Under the pieces are notes generated by a model. The model did not search any database. It saw only the letters and a list, made by a program, of their open reading frames with translations, and was not told the origin of the DNA. Of a stretch of 64,000 nucleotides of DNA, positions 13,147-23,735 are shown in pieces. Location of the stretch: assembly GCA_964270895.1 (NCBI GenBank), contig OZ185441.1. One strand, given 5' to 3'. Position 1 is the stretch's first letter. Each line of letters starts with the position of its first letter. The stretch comes from Podarcis filfolensis (lineage: Eukaryota). The translations under genes were made by a program, and so were the position numbers.

Positions 13147-13481
13147 ACTACTACTACTACTAATATATTATTTATACCCCGCCCATCTGACTGGCTTTCC
13201 CCAGCCACTCTGGGTGGCTCCCAACTGAATATTAAAAACACAATACAGCATCAAACATTAAAAACTTCCCTAAAAAGAGCTGCCTTCAGATGTCTTTTAA
13301 AAGTAAGATAGTCGCTTATTGCCTTGACATCTGATGGGAGGGCGTTCCACAGGGCAGGGGCCACTACCAAGAAGGCCCTCTGCCTGGTTCCCTGTAACCT
13401 CACTTCTCGCAGTGAGGGAACCGCCAGAAGGCCCTTGGCGCTGGACCTCAGTGTTCAGGCAGAATGATGGGGGTGGAGACG
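13112..13481 (-). mobile_element. L2 LINE 3' fragment with compound trinucleotide tail
   Basis: Minus strand: RLHPHHSA*TLRSSAKGLLAVPSLREVRLQGTRQRAFLVVAPALWNALPSDVK; the tail reads (TAC)n(CTG)8(TAC)n on the + strand. Confidence 0.75.
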
Positions 13482-13980
13482 AAGTTCCAAAATATATCGG
13501 TCAGACTACACATCTAGTAAAGAAAATGAAATGATAACAAAATCCTATGCCCTGGAAACAAAGGAGAATTAATTATATATATATTAAAATATTTCTTCTA
13601 ATTTCAGTGAGTTATTAAAGACAGTTACCAACCCTCTCACACAAACAAAATTAATAAGAATTCAGAAACCTGGTCCTAATAAACTCCATGTTGATTTGGT
13701 AAAGTTGCATTACAAAAGGAATGTGTAACCTTCTCCCCTGACAGTTCTAATTCAATACTTAAATAATACACAAATTTAATTAATTTTGGGGCGGGGAAGA
13801 GAAGCAGGAATTAAAAGTAATACAATGGAAGAGATTCAGGCCAAAGGTGGGCAAGCAGTATCAAGAATACTAAAATATTATACATAGCATGCACCACAAC
13901 TTCTAGCCTTGACTAATTGGCTAAACTAATTGGGGAAATGCTGTAAAACACAACATTTTCAGTGACAACGATTGTCAATA

Positions 13981-14051
13981 TAACTTAGTCAGTAGAGCAT
14001 GAGACTCTTAATCTCAGGGCCGTGGTCCCTTCCGACTCTATGATTCTATGA
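13981..14051 (+). mobile_element. Internally deleted tRNA-Lys-derived SINE with CR1-type tail
   Basis: AGTAGAGCATGAGACTCTTAATCTCAGGG matches the tRNA-Lys(CTT) D/anticodon arm and is joined to TCCCTTCCGACTCTATGATTCTATGA (CR1 3' end). No T-arm, so not a functional tRNA. Confidence 0.6.
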
Positions 14052-15399
14052 ATATTGGTATAGAGAACCCCCCCCCCAATACTAGAAAATATGTAATATC
14101 GACTATACCAAAGGTCACCATAATCTTGGCTTCAAAATAGCATATTTGAGAAAACACTATAGTATTTTGGGGAAAAGACTTCAGTAAGAGTCAGCCTAGT
14201 TATTGTACAGGAGATAATGCACAACAACTATCTTCAGGTGAACTTTTTCTGTTAACTCAAAAAGCAGACTCAGAGGCTGTACCTGGAAGTGCAAAGGACT
14301 TCTGCCTCTTTCTCTTCCTGCTGTTTGCTGAAAACAAGCCTCCCTGGTTGTATTCTCATTCATGGAGAGATAGGGGGAGAAAATCAGCTTGGAGATTTTT
14401 GAATGAACAAATGGTAGGAATGAAAAAACAATAGTAAATGCTAATCTTCCCTTTATTAAAGCCCATATGAGCTGCTCCTGTTCCCGATGATGATGGTTCC
14501 CAACAAGATTAAAAGTTATCTCTCTGCCTACTTAATTGCACCATGTGGTGCTGCACTTGCAGGATGTGACAACACAACCAGCTCTTCCTCAGAACACCAT
14601 GGGGGGGGGGGTGCTGTGAAGTGACATGAGCAGAAAGATATTAATTGCTATGTGGCTCCAAGCCAAGGACGGCCACCTGAGAAAAGGTGAAAAGTGGGTG
14701 TAGAATGACAATCTCTCCTTTTAGAAATTGCCATCCTCAATTTCAGGCAAATCTCAAGTATTGGAATGTGCCATTCAGGTAGGAATGAGTGTCAAGACTG
14801 AGTTCAGTGTTCACTTCCTCCTCCTGCCTTGAAGAGCTGATAGTTGCTCATCACATCTTCCCATAAAGTATCATCTGATTTCCTGATTTCCTCCCCATCA
14901 TGCCTTTAGAGTTGTGAATGGTAGCAGCCTTCGAGAGTTTAATACTCTGTAGATTTGTGAAAGAAGTATTTTACAGAATGGATTATAAGTGGACATAGTG
15001 TGGGAGTCAAAGTATGTGACACATGTATTTGGATCATTTGTAGTGTCAGTTTTCTGCTGACACTCAGGTGTTGTGTAAGGGGTTGACCTGTATAAAAATA
15101 TTTGAGCCAAAAAAAGCCACACCTGTTCCCACTGTCCATATATTGTTATTCTATCTTCATTAAAAAAATAATGGATGGTAGATTAAAAGCATCATAAGTG
15201 ATATCAGAGGGGCAAATTTTGAGAACCATTCTTTCCAGATCCTATGGTTAGAGAACAAGAAAAGATTAGGTAAGTAATCTAGGACTTGTTAAGTGAAAAG
15301 ATAACCAACACATAGACTCTTGACCCAGTGTATGTTCCATTGTGGTCCATGACACCCTTTCCAAGCCCTGAATCAGCAGCAAAACATTGTGACTTTATA

Positions 15400-15890
15400 G
15401 CCCATGCAGTTCAGCATCCTGGCTGAGTGGTCAACCAGACACCTGTGGGAAACCTACAAATAGGACCTGAGCTCAAAAGCACCCTCGCATCCCGTGGATT
15501 CCAGCAACTGGTATTCAAAAGCATTACTGCCTCTAGCTGTGGAGGCAGAGCATAACCATTATGGGCAATAGCCTTCAATAGCCCTTTCCTCCATGAATTT
15601 GTCTAATCCTCTTTTAAAGCCATCTGAGTGGTCATCACTGCCTCCTGTGGGCTTGTGTTCCTTCATCTAACTATGCACTGCTTGTTCCTTTTATCTGTTC
15701 TGAATCTCCCAACGTTCAGCTTCACTGGATGTCCCTGCGTTCTAGTGTTTTGCATAATTGTATACACTTCTGTCATGTCACCTCTTACTCACCTATTCTC
15801 TAAACTAAAAATTCCCAAGAGCTGCAAATTTTCTTCATAGAAGGGGTTACTTGTACTCCTTGATAATTTTGCTTATTCTTTTTTGAATAG
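15400..15890 (-). mobile_element. Old CR1 LINE 3' fragment
   Basis: Recognisable reverse-complement CR1 3' text (CCTCCATGAATTTGTCTAATCCTCTTTTAAAGCCATC); boundaries approximate. Confidence 0.55.
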
Positions 15891-16806
15891 TGATCCACCA
15901 GGTGTATATACGGACAGGAGTTCTTTCAGAAAACAAGGTCCGGAGTTGTTCAGGGCTTTGTATCCAATATATTTAAATAATTTACCATGAAGTGCTCAAA
16001 CCTCTTAAATGCTCTTGAGATACTGAGGGAGACTGAAACCGCTGTGCCTTCTGATGTCTTCCTTTACCAACACACGCATACATACATTATTTTATTTGTA
16101 TGCCTCCTTTCCACAGTTCAAACCATGCTCAAGGTAAAAAACATAAAAAACATAACTACAACATAACAAAAGTAGTCATAAACAATAAATAAAACATGGA
16201 ACTGATAATAAAACATGAAACACAACCAAACTGAACAGTTTCTACATAAATCACAAGATCTAAAATAAAGATACAAAAAACCAACAGCAACAACAGCAGC
16301 AAACCCTCTTCACCCCCAAAAAGCTACACCCCAGCCCCAATCGTCTCACCCGCCATCCTTTCCACTTTAAAATTCACTCACCAGAGCATAGAACGAGGCT
16401 GCTGGGTGCCTGAGGCCACGGTCCTCTACACAGTGCAGTTATCTTATGAATAAGCACATGCACTGTTGAAACATTTAAAGCAGCCTCTCTGAGTGAGCAC
16501 CTTGCTACCCTAAGAGCAGATAAGCCTGGGATGTTTTATAAAACATGCAATAAAACCCTACTTACATGACTATATTCATAGATAATGAATGCAAACCTCC
16601 TAATGCAATTAACACCCCATATATTAATACACATTACAAGGACAGGAAAGAAGCACCAGCTTTTTAAAGTACTCCAGATGAAGGCAATGAGATTGCCTCA
16701 CCATATCACTTGGGTCTATTAAACAGGATGTGGAACTTTCAGTCCATCACATCCCTGACTCAGATTGTCTAGGCAAATATGAAAGTAAGATTATGTTAAA
16801 ATGAGC

Positions 16807-16840
16807 TATAGTTTTCAGTTGAGCCTCTGGGTGTCGCTGT
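16807..16840 (+). promoter_or_regulatory. Pcdh CSE / CTCF site, CGCT type (exon 3)
   Basis: GCCTCTGGGTGTCGCTGTTCACCAAT; CGCT at 16835, 197 nt before ATG. Confidence 0.85.
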
Positions 16841-17031
16841 TCACCAATTTGCCTACAGAACACACTGGGAGCTCCATAAATTCTCTAATGTATAAACAGA
16901 AAATATCTGCATGACCATACTTGCACAGACATTGCAGGGAGTGTAATAGGAGCAACTTTAAATAAAAAACAACAGCATTTACTCAAAAACGTCTGAGCCA
17001 GAATAAGTGGCATTTATCCTGTTGCAAGAAA

Positions 17032-19458
17032 ATGGGAGAAAACCAGAAGCAATGGAGCTGTAAAGAGACAATCTTGTTGCAATGCCTCATATTGATGTTC
17101 ATTTTGAAGACAGTTTCTGCACAACTTCATTATTCCATTCCAGAGGAGATGCAGAAAGGCTCTTTTGTGGGAAATATTGCAAAGGATCTAGGAATGGATG
17201 GAAATAATCTTTCAAACCGTGAGCTCCGGATTCTTACCAGAACAGGTATGACTCAGTATTTTGCTTTGAACTACAACAGTGGTCATTTACAAACCACTGA
17301 GAGAATTGACAGAGAAGAAATTTGTGCATGGGCAGAGAAGTGCAAATTAAATTTTCAGGTTATTGTTGAGAGTAAAAGAAAACTTTATGGAGTTGAAGTG
17401 GAAGTTACTGATATAAATGATAATGCTCCCCACTTTCCTCCAGGACAACTGGAGGTGAAAATTAATGAAATATCTATAAAAGGGTCTCGGTTTCCTCTGC
17501 CTGACGCTACTGATCCAGATCTGGGGATAAATTCTGTTCAGAATTACCAACTCACAGGTAGCGTGCATTTTTCTCTGGATGTTCAAACAGGAGAAAATGG
17601 TCCCAGGCATGCTGAGCTGGTGCTGGAAAAATCTTTGGACAGAGAGGAACAGCCAGTTTATGATCTAATTCTTATGGCTATGGATGGGGGTGATCCTGTC
17701 AGGACTGGCACTGCTCAAATTCAAGTCATTGTTTTAGATGTAAATGACAATGCACCAATTTTTAGCCAACCAGTCTATGAAATCAGCATTGAGGAGAACA
17801 TTCCCAAAGGGTCCATAGTCTGTGCAGTCAAAGCCACTGATCTGGATGAAGGAATCAACGGAGAGGTGAAATACTCCTTCAAAAAAACCACAAAAAAGGA
17901 TTCACAAATGTTTCTTTTAAATTCAACAACTGGCATAATAACCCTCATGGGAAACTTGGACTTTGAGACATCATCCTTCTATGAATTTGAGGTGCAAGCC
18001 ATGGATGGGGGTGGTCTAAGTGACAGGTCAAAGGTTGTGATCATGGTCACAGATCTGAATGACAATGCGCCAGAATTAACTGTGACCTTTCTGACCAACT
18101 CCATTCATGAGAACTCATCAACCGGAACAGTTATTGCTATTATAAATGTAGAAGATCAAGATTCTGGAATCAATAGTGAGGTCACATGCACAATTCCCAG
18201 AAACCTCCCATTTCAGCTAAAACAATCCATGGACAACTTTTATAGTTTGGTGACAGATGGCCTCCTTGACAGAGAACAAGTGGCAAACTATAACATCACC
18301 ATCACAGTAACTGATCATGGAATGCCTTCTCTTTCTACAGCCACTATCATAGCCCTGCACATTTTAGATACAAATGATAACCCACCTCACTTTGCAAGAT
18401 CAGATTACAAATCATTTTTCATGGAAAATAATCAGAGAGGAGCATCCATCTTTTCTCTAACTGCAAATGATCCAGACTGGGAAGAAAACTCCAGAATAAC
18501 ATATTCCATCATAGAAAGTCAAGTGACTGGCTCCCCTCTCTCCTCCTACCTCTCCATTAACTCTGAGACAGGGGTCATCTATGCTCTGAGTTCTTTTGAC
18601 TATGAAGAGATCAGAGAGATGAAGTTCCTGGTCAAGGCCCAGGATGGAGGTTCTCCACCACTCAGCTCCAACGTCTCAGTGACACTCTTCATCCTGGACC
18701 AGAATGACAATGCTCCCCAAATCCTTTACCCTTCCCCTCCCACTGACGGTTCCACAGGGATAGAGCTGGCCCCTCGCTCCTCTGAGCCAGGCTACCTGGT
18801 CACTAAGGTGGTGGCCGTGGATGCGGACTCTGGCCAGAATGCCTGGCTCTCCTACCAGCTGATCAAGGCCACCGAGCCAGGGCTCTTCACTCTGGGGCTC
18901 CACACAGGAGAGATCAGGACAGCCCGATTCTTTCTGGAGAAAGATGCCCTCAAGCAAAGCCTGGTGGTTTTAGTCAAGGACAACGGGCAGCCTCCAATGT
19001 CGGTGTCAGTCACTGTCACTGTGGTCTTGGCAGACAGCATCCCTGACATGCTGACTGATCTGAGCAGTGTCCCAGTATCTGAAGACCCACAGTCAGATCT
19101 CACCTTCTACTTGGTGACTGCAGTGGCTTTTGTCTCCTGCTTGTTCTTCGCCTTCCTCCTTGTGTTATTGGCACTCAAACTTCGCAGATGGAAAAATTCT
19201 CAGCTGTCTGATAATGCAAGTTTGAATTTCACTGGTGCACCAGTTTCACAGTTTGTGGGGATTGACGGAGTCCGGGCATTTCTTCAGTCTTATTGCCATG
19301 AGGTTTCACTGACTTCAGGCTCTCGGAAAAGCCAGATTTTTTTTCCAATTGGAAGCTGTACCAATACTCTGACACCACAACAGGCTCCTGATAAGCCAGG
19401 CCCTGTGTTACTCATAGGTGATTCTAACACGGTTACGGAGGAGGCAGCAATCCATCAG
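17032..19458 (+). CDS. PCDHGA: Protocadherin gamma A-like variable exon 3 (809 codons; unspliced stop 19470)
   Basis: 812-aa ORF, six EC repeats, gA tail; CAG|GTGAGC donor at 19458/19459. Confidence 0.95.
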
Positions 19459-19712
19459 GTGAGCACATAAATTTCAGTACTTCCCATTTGATCTCCCAGT
19501 ATTCTAAAATGCATAGGAAACTTTCCTGAGTACGAAAGGTTTCCTGGCTCAGGCAATCACCACCCAGGAATGGAAGACTAAGAAGAACCACAGCATGGTG
19601 TAGATTGCACATCTCTTCCTGAGGCCCCTCATTTGCATGTTTAGTAAAAGCTAAGGATGCATTCCTGAAGGCTGCTAGTGCCATTGTTTAATAATGATTA
19701 ACAAGGTCTCTA

Positions 19713-20009
19713 AGTGGGTTAAACCACAGATCCTAGGACTTGCCAATCAGAAGGTTGGTGGTTCGAATCCCTGCAATGGGGTGAGCTCCCATTGCTTGGT
19801 CCCTGCTCCTGCCAACCTAGCAGTTCGAAAGCATGTCAAAGCAGGAAGGTAAACGGCGTTTCTGTGCGCTGCTCTGGTTTGCCAGAAGCAGCTTAGTCAT
19901 ACTGGCCACATGACCCGGAAGCTGTACGCTGGCTCCCTCGGCCAATAAAGCGAGATGAGCCCAGAGTCGGTCACAACTGGACCTAATGGTCAGGGGTCCC
20001 TTTACCTTT
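19713..20009 (+). mobile_element. Sauria SINE, 5'-truncated, 15-bp TSD
   Basis: B box GTTCGAATCC at 19761, characteristic body and GGGTCCCTTTACCTTT tail; TSD TTAACAAGGTCTCTA at 19698-19712 and 20010-20024. Confidence 0.85.
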
Positions 20010-20210
20010 TTAACAAGGTCTCTAGAACAGGTAGGTTTACCAGAACATTTGGTAGAAGGGCTCTCTCTTCATGGCTGTAGGACAGAGGTGGACAACCAGT
20101 GAACTGCATACACCCTCCACTTCTGTCAGTGCAGTTCCCCAAACTGCCTATACCTTCCTGCTCCTGCCAAAGAGAAGCACCACCAACAGAGACAGGGTGG
20201 GGTGGGGAAT

Positions 20211-20470
20211 CAGTCATATCTCATCTATCTGGTGACTGCAGTGGCTTTTGTTTGCTGCTTGTTCTTCATTTTCCTCCTTGTGTTACTGGCCATCAGGTTG
20301 CACAGATGGAGAAAACTGCAGCTGTTTGAGTCAAGGAGTGTGAATTTCAGTGGTACTCCTGTCTCACAGTTTGTGGCTATTGACAGAATCCAAACATTTG
20401 TTTACTCTTATTGTGATGATCTTTCTCTTACCACTGACTTTAGGAAAAACCAGTTTAACATTTCCCATTT
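20211..20470 (+). pseudogene. Relic of a gamma A variable exon (TM plus proximal cytoplasmic part only)
   Basis: Translates [82 protein letters not shown], a degenerate copy of the gA TM/tail; no ectodomain, ATG, CSE or donor. Confidence 0.85.
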
Positions 20471-20740
20471 ATCTCTTTTCTTCACCCTTTTCAAAGCAAT
20501 GAGACATGTTGGTAATTATTTTACTTCACTTATAGCTAGTATCTTATTTTACTAGTGGGGAAATCTTTATTGGTTTAATCTGTGTTTTCTTAAACCACTG
20601 GGGCTTACATGACACTAAGGATTTCATATTTGAAATTTATTGTGATTTGGCTCTGTGCAGGATATTTGAGCAAACTACCTACACAAACCAACCTGCCCAC
20701 TGTATTTATTTCTCATCATAGGCCTTGCTCTGTGTTCTGT

Positions 20741-20916
20741 CAGGTTGCCATATGTCCAGAATTTCCCAGACATATCCAGAATTTGTCAGCATCATCTGGG
20801 CAGAAATCAGAAAAAAATTAGGGAAAGTCCGGGCGTATGGCAGCCCATGTGGGCAGTTGTGATCTTGCCCAACAACTTTTCTGTCCAGATTTTCACTGTT
20901 TGAAACATGGCAACTG
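20741..20916. mobile_element. Degenerate hAT-like MITE
   Basis: AGGTTGCCAT...ATGGCAACTG ends; the interior resembles the 22950-23162 element. Confidence 0.4.
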
Positions 20917-21629
20917 AAGGTCTGATTGCCTGAGACACAAGCCAGAAGGCACAGTGGGTGGTCTTCTCACTTTGGTGAGTGGCAAGGAGGGGAAAAGAGG
21001 GGGAAAGAAGATAGCAGAAAGAGGAATAAAAGGGGTGGCCTATTTTTTTGTCTTGGCCCCTCCCCCCCCCCCCCGACTGTGCCCACATTTGGCTTCAGCC
21101 CTGTCCACCACTGGCTTTTGTCTTGCCCAGCATCTGCATACGGCCCCTGGCAGATTACTTCTGGCCCCCTGTTCTGTTCTGTTGTGGAATGCCTCCCTGC
21201 TGGGAAGTCCGATTGCCCCCCTCATTAACTGACAGACTGTGAAGACCTCTATGTTCAATTACACTGTCAATTACTTCCTCCACCTTCCTGTTGGTTGATT
21301 GATTGTTTTCATTCAAGTTGTGATTTGCTTTGGAAGTCCCTGGACTAAAAGCTGAGATGAACCTATTTTGAAAAAATAAATACATTTTCCTGTGGTAACA
21401 TGATTTTCTGGTTGTCTTTACCAACCACTATTCTTAAACAGGTGTAACTTGTGCCTAGTTAGGTGCAAGTAATAATTGCTCACAGTAGGCATAAAGTATC
21501 TCTAAGCCTGGAAGGAAAGGTGGTGTTGCTATATGCACTTTGAGTGCTGGTGGGAATTGCATGCTGAAATAGCTGCCCTATCCTGCCTGCATTACAGTTC
21601 CCAATCCCATACCAGGAGCCATGTGTTAG

Positions 21630-21753
21630 AACAGGCCCTCCAAATGTTTTGGGACTACAATTCCCATCATCCCAGACCACTGGTCCTGCTAGCTAGGGAT
21701 GATGGGAGTTGTAGTCCCAAAAACACCTGGAGGGCTGAGTTTGGGGATGCCTG
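21630..21753. mobile_element. Hairpin MITE (hAT-like)
   Basis: 27-bp inverted arms at 21647-21673 and 21696-21722 (1 mismatch); ends with TTTGGGGATGCCTG. Confidence 0.55.
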
Positions 21754-22152
21754 GGCCAGAAGGAGACATCCATCCTCTAATCTACCTTGCTGGACTGGGT
21801 CATTAGTCAAATATAGATTCATTTTGCTATGTGTATGCATTATGTTTTAGTCTATGCATTTGGCTAATCTTTCTTCACTGAACAATGGTGTTACTATTCA
21901 CTGATAACTCCACGTTTTCAGGCAATAAGAATTTAACCTATCAAATTAATATCAACAATAAGACCCATAGAATGTTAGAGAATGTTAGAAAATCATTCTG
22001 AATCTATGATTGCATTCAAGTCAAGAGTGGATACAAGCCGTTCTGGATATATCTTAGACCCCCTAAAGAAAGTTTCTCATCACTCAAATCCTCTCTGCTG
22101 AATGGCTCTGCACTGATACAATAATGGCAGAAAAGAAAGTTCTCAGTTCAAA

Positions 22153-22205
22153 ACTACTACTGTTACTACTACTACTACTACTACTACTACTATTACTACT
22201 ACTAC
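22153..22205. repeat. (TAC)n microsatellite
   Basis: Imperfect TAC array. Confidence 0.9.
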
Positions 22206-22949
22206 GATTAATTATTACATTTCAGTTTACAGTCTGACAAACTGAAATTCTGGCAGAGTAGTGCACACTTTGAATGCACTTGTGTAGAAGCTTTTTCTTC
22301 ATGTCATAAACATTCCTGATTAATTACAATAAACTTCCACATGTGCCAAAGCAATCCAAAAACGCAATACATCTAACAAATCTTTTATCTTCAGATATAA
22401 GTCTCATTGAGTTTATACTCAGGTAAGTTGGTATAGGATTGCAATGTAAAAACTGTAATAAAATCTTACTAGCAAAGGTTGAATAGAATTAAGTACCAGT
22501 ACTATGAAAACAGAAATGAAAAACCAATTATTCAAAAGGATCATATGCGTCTTCTTGGGAAATACCATTGAAAAGCATCCAAAAAAGTCAAAGGGAGAAT
22601 ATTGAATAATTCACCACCTAAGGAATTAGGAATCATCACACAGAATCGTAAGGAAAGATGTATCACCCAAAACTTCCTCTAGTGCAGCAGTGGCCAGCCA
22701 GATGCCACAGGGAAGATTACAAACATATGAGAAAAATGTCAAATGAATATGCATGCCTAAAGAATGAAAGAGTTATTCTGTGCTAAAGTGAATTTAAATT
22801 TCTTTTTCAGCATTTTATTATGGCCAATAGAACAGAAATAAAGCACACAATGCACCAAAATCTTAAAGACAGAACAAAATACAAAATTTAAATTTGCTAA
22901 ACAAGTTCATAATTAAATAAAGGCCAAATCACCAGAATTCTGGCAGGGA

Positions 22950-23162
22950 TAGGGTTGCCAGGGCATCCCACAATTGTTTTTAGGAAAACCTGAAACTTGT
23001 TGAGCTTTTTCTAGACAAAAACACCCCCAAAACCATGATTTTGCGATTGACTTGAATAAGAATGAGGACAAAGCGCCAACTCTTGGAAATTCCCCCAAGA
23101 TGTCAATTCCGCCTTTGAAATCCTAGTAACGTCCAGGGAAATCCGAACGTATGGCAGCCCTA
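22950..23162. mobile_element. hAT MITE with perfect 8-bp TSD
   Basis: TIRs TAGGGTTGCCA / TGGCAGCCCTA; TSD GGCAGGGA at 22942-22949 and 23163-23170. Confidence 0.9.
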
Positions 23163-23465
23163 GGCAGGGATGTAGGCTTTCTGAATTATTGCATGGTTTT
23201 CTTCTGCTGGCAACTGCTTGCGTTTATGCTACATCAAAAACACCCTAAAGTGTCATTATCATCTACCAGGAAAAGCAATAAAAATATTAAAATAACAGTT
23301 TGTATGCAATAAAAAACAAATCTGAATTAAGCTTATGTGACTTCTAATCAAGCAATACTAAAGTACATTTGGACAACCAGTGAAATAATTTTTAGTCCTT
23401 CACAATTCTCCATAGATATCAGGGCAAAAAAGGAATATAGAATTATAAACATGAATATAAGCAAA

Positions 23466-23499
23466 TTCAGTTCCCCATGTGGACTCTGAGTGTCACTGT
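23466..23499 (+). promoter_or_regulatory. Pcdh CSE / CTCF site, CACT variant (exon 4)
   Basis: CAGTTCC...GACTCTGAGTGTCACTG; CACT at 23494, 242 nt before ATG. Confidence 0.8.
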
Positions 23500-23735
23500 T
23501 GGACAACATGGGAGCAGCCATGGCTCAGCATTTCCGAGACTCTTGGAGCAGTCTCTCTCTCTCAACACTTCAGCTGAGCAGAAAGGAAAAGCTTTTATTT
23601 TAAAAGCTGCTCAAGAAAGGAAAGCTCTCAGTTTCCCAAGGATCAGCTGAAAAGAAGAATATTTCTATTATTTCAAATAAGTGTACTGGGAGTCTTGAAA
23701 ACTGTACTGAAAGAAGGAAGAAATCAGGAAAGGCA

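Noticed and set aside
13990-14025. tRNA-Lys gene
   Set aside because: It lacks the acceptor stem and T-arm/B box and is fused to a CR1 tail, so it is a SINE remnant.
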